DNA of 64,000 bases from an uncultured delta proteobacterium. Lineage in GTDB: Bacteria; Myxococcota_A; Polyangia; Polyangiales; Polyangiaceae. Below, in pieces: positions 62,056-64,000 of the stretch (position 1 is its first letter; each line of letters opens with the position of its first letter). A program made the translations under genes and the position numbers. The stretch lies in the NCBI GenBank assembly GCA_963841435.1, contig CAWJCS010000003.1:320001-384000 (forward strand). Direction: 5' to 3'. The notes under the pieces are model-generated. The model saw nothing but the letters and a program-made list of their open reading frames with translations. It was not told the origin of the DNA and ran no database searches.

Positions 62056-62536
62056 GCTTGGGCATGGGTCTTTGGAAATCATGGGGTTGGAGCGTCCGAC
62101 GGCGAGCCGGGGCGGGTCCTCCAGCAACTGGGTCGGGGTTGCGCATTCTCGCGGATCGTATCGCCGTCGACCTCGGTCCAGCGCAGCACGACCGGACTGT
62201 CCATGGTGCGGTCCGAGCCTGCGAGGCCATCGGCGGCGATGAGCTGGGGCCAGATCGAGTGGCGGCCCTGAGACGAAGCATCGATGACGTGCTCGCGGAC
62301 GATGACGGGGCGCGTGGAGTAGTTGCTCGCGCCGCGGAAGGTGACCGAGTAGACGTTGATGAGCGCTGTTTCGGTGGAAGAACACGGCGATGGCCGCTCG
62401 TTCACGTGCGGTTGACATGTCTTCTCAAGTTCTCGCACTACGCGGCCCAGCCGCGCGATCGAAGCCGGACTCGTCGACGACGCGCTCGTCCACGATGACG
62501 GGGCGCATGGAGTAGTCGGCCGCGCTGAAGAGCGTT

Positions 62537-63211
62537 TCACGGTGGGCAGCAGCATTCGCGGCAGCACGGGCCTTGGGGGTTTGGGCAGTCAGGCGGACCC
62601 GGGGGGCCCTGGCAGTAGAATTGGCCGCCCGAGCAGGCCTGGCATCCCGCCTCCATGGCAGCCGTCACATCGCCAGCGTTGCAATTGACCCTGAGCAAAT
62701 CGTCATTGCATCCCACCTGAAGGTCGGTGGCGACACAGCGCAGCGCTCGCCACCCCGAACCACCCGCAGCTCCCGAGCTGGCCCCGCTCTCACCCGCATC
62801 GCCTGCACCCCCACTCGTGTCCCCACCCGCGCCGCTCTGCCCTGCCCGGCCTCCGCTGCCACCGAGCGCGCCTTGACCACCGCTGACTGCGCCGGTGCCA
62901 CCAGCGCCAGAGCCGCCAGGCCCGACGCCACCCATTGCGGCTCCACCCCGTCCGCCCCCGGCGGTCGCACCTCCGGAAGGCGAACCCGCGCCGCCTTCCG
63001 CCGCTCCCGTGCCTCCGCGCGCAGCACTGGACCCTGCCTTCCCGCCCTCGGGCACCGCCCCCGTGCCGCCCTGAGCACCACCGGCGGACCCGCCGGTGCC
63101 GCCCCCTCCCGGCACACCCGCCGACCCGCCGCTCGAGCCACCGTCGGTCGAGCGCCCGCACGCCACACCCAGAACCACCCCCAGAGCGAGCCAGACCCTA
63201 CGGCGTGACAT
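62537..63211 (-). CDS. Array copy A: 12-Cys lipoprotein (224 aa)
   Basis: MSRRRVWLAL...VACGRS, Gly linker, GWRALRC...CCRECCCPP. Confidence 0.8.
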   Translation of the reverse strand: MSRRRVWLALGVVLGVACGRSTDGGSSGGSAGVPGGGGTGGSAGGAQGGTGAVPEGGKAGSSAARGGTGAAEGGAGSPSGGATAGGGRGGAAMGGVGPGGSGAGGTGAVSGGQGALGGSGGRAGQSGAGGDTSGGAGDAGESGASSGAAGGSGWRALRCVATDLQVGCNDDLLRVNCNAGDVTAAMEAGCQACSGGQFYCQGPPGPPDCPNPQGPCCRECCCPP

Positions 63212-63710
63212 CGAGGAAAGCTCCGCTCGTTGCATGGTAGCCGATCGGCGTCGGAGGGCTCGTCGCCGGATCCGTGCCACCGCCGCTCCAGGGTACGAAG
63301 TAGCGCAGCGCGCCGCTCGCTTCCTTCGTGTAGAACGCGCCGTACTTGTAGTCGCCGTTGAAGCAGGATGGGTTTGGGGCGGTCAGGCAATCGACGCCCG
63401 GGAACGTCGCCGACATCGACCACGCGGCGAGAGTCGAGACGGGTCCCACGAGGCCCGAGTAGATGACCTGCGCATTTTCGCGGATCGTGTCGCCAGCGAC
63501 CTCCGTCCAGCGCAGCACGACCGGACTGTCCATGGTGCGGTCCGAGCCTGCGAGGCCATCGGCGGCGATGAGCTGGGGCCAGATCGAGTGGCGGCCCTGA
63601 GACGAAGCATCGATGACGTGCTCGCGGACGATGACGGGGCGCATGGTGTAGTTGCTCCCGCCGCGGAAGGTGACCGAGTAGACGTTGATGAGCGCTGTTT
63701 CGGTGGAAGA
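63198..63710 (-). pseudogene. Orphan 3' fragment of partner gene X (beta-propeller-like C-terminus)
   Basis: TETALINVYSV...FNGDYKYGAFY...FVPW...GAFLDVTP-stop overlaps the ATG of copy A. There is no credible start; a shorter copy lies at 62140-62380. Confidence 0.65.
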
Positions 63711-63865
63711 ACACGGCGATGGCCGCTCGTTCACGTGCGGTCGACATGTCTTCTCAAGTTCTCGCACTACGCGGCCCAGCCGCGCGATCGAAGCCGGACT
63801 CGTCAACGACGCGCTCGTCCACGATGACGGGGCGCATGGAGTAGTCGGCCGCGCTGAAGAGCGTT

Positions 63866-64000
63866 TCACGGTGGGCAGCAGCATTGGCGGCAGCACGGGC
63901 CTTGGGGGTTTGGGCAGTCAGGCGGACCCGGGGGGGCCTGGCAGTAGAATTGGCCGCCCGAGCAGGCCTGGCATCCCGCCTCCATGGCAGCCGTCACATC
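63866..64000 (-). CDS. Array copy E: 3' end of another 12-Cys lipoprotein (continues beyond the window)
   Basis: DVTAAMEAGC...CCRQCCCPP-stop, nearly identical to copy A. Confidence 0.8.
   Translation of the reverse strand, partial: DVTAAMEAGCQACSGGQFYCQAPPGPPDCPNPQGPCCRQCCCPP

Larger units (their letters stand above)
62140..64000. repeat. 532-bp direct repeat, period 1329 bp (62140-62671 vs 63469-64000; second copy runs to the window edge)
   Basis: Manual alignment gives about 12 substitutions and no indels. Confidence 0.95.

Noticed and set aside
62140-64000. Repeat pair as a DGR template/variable region
   Set aside because: The ~12 mismatches are mixed (C/G, G/A, T/C) with no adenine bias, and no reverse transcriptase is present in the window.

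Overview
A very GC-rich bacterial window. The gene repertoire (lipoproteins with long Gly/Ser/Ala linkers, an FHA/TPR/Ser-Thr kinase/FGE block, an AgmX-type C-terminal domain, plant-polysaccharide hydrolases) suggests a Polyangiales-like myxobacterium; this is inference. It holds about 50 CDS. These include GH30, GH44, CE15, GH105 and CBM9-like carbohydrate enzymes, a PRPP synthetase, and a TetR-linked six-gene inositol-lipid operon (ino1, CDP-alcohol transferase-GtrA fusion, Aur1/IPC-synthase-like, MMPL/RND, TolC, MlaC/HpnM-like). There are also an RssB/RssC-like pair, an ABC transporter plus DUF1854 operon, a 13-EGF Notch-like lipoprotein, an MBOAT plus two SGNH O-acetylation genes, an ECF42-type sigma with DGPF/YciI partners and a matching promoter, and a Phd/VapC toxin-antitoxin pair. 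The main unexplained structures are: (1) a mosaic tandem array (58940-64000) of at least five copies of an unrecognised 12-Cys lipoprotein; each copy whose start lies in the window keeps the 3' tip of a partner gene, and a TA module sits inside the array; (2) a 37-codon Pro-ending uORF whose stop abuts a long hairpin that hides the ABC gene's ribosome-binding site (candidate translational attenuator); (3) a 197-bp MITE with 14-bp terminal inverted repeats and a CTAG duplication; (4) the inositol-(sphingo)lipid synthesis plus export operon. No rRNA, tRNA or CRISPR array was seen. Several genes carry single-base frameshifts, most likely assembly errors. All family calls come from motif recognition by eye, not from database searches.
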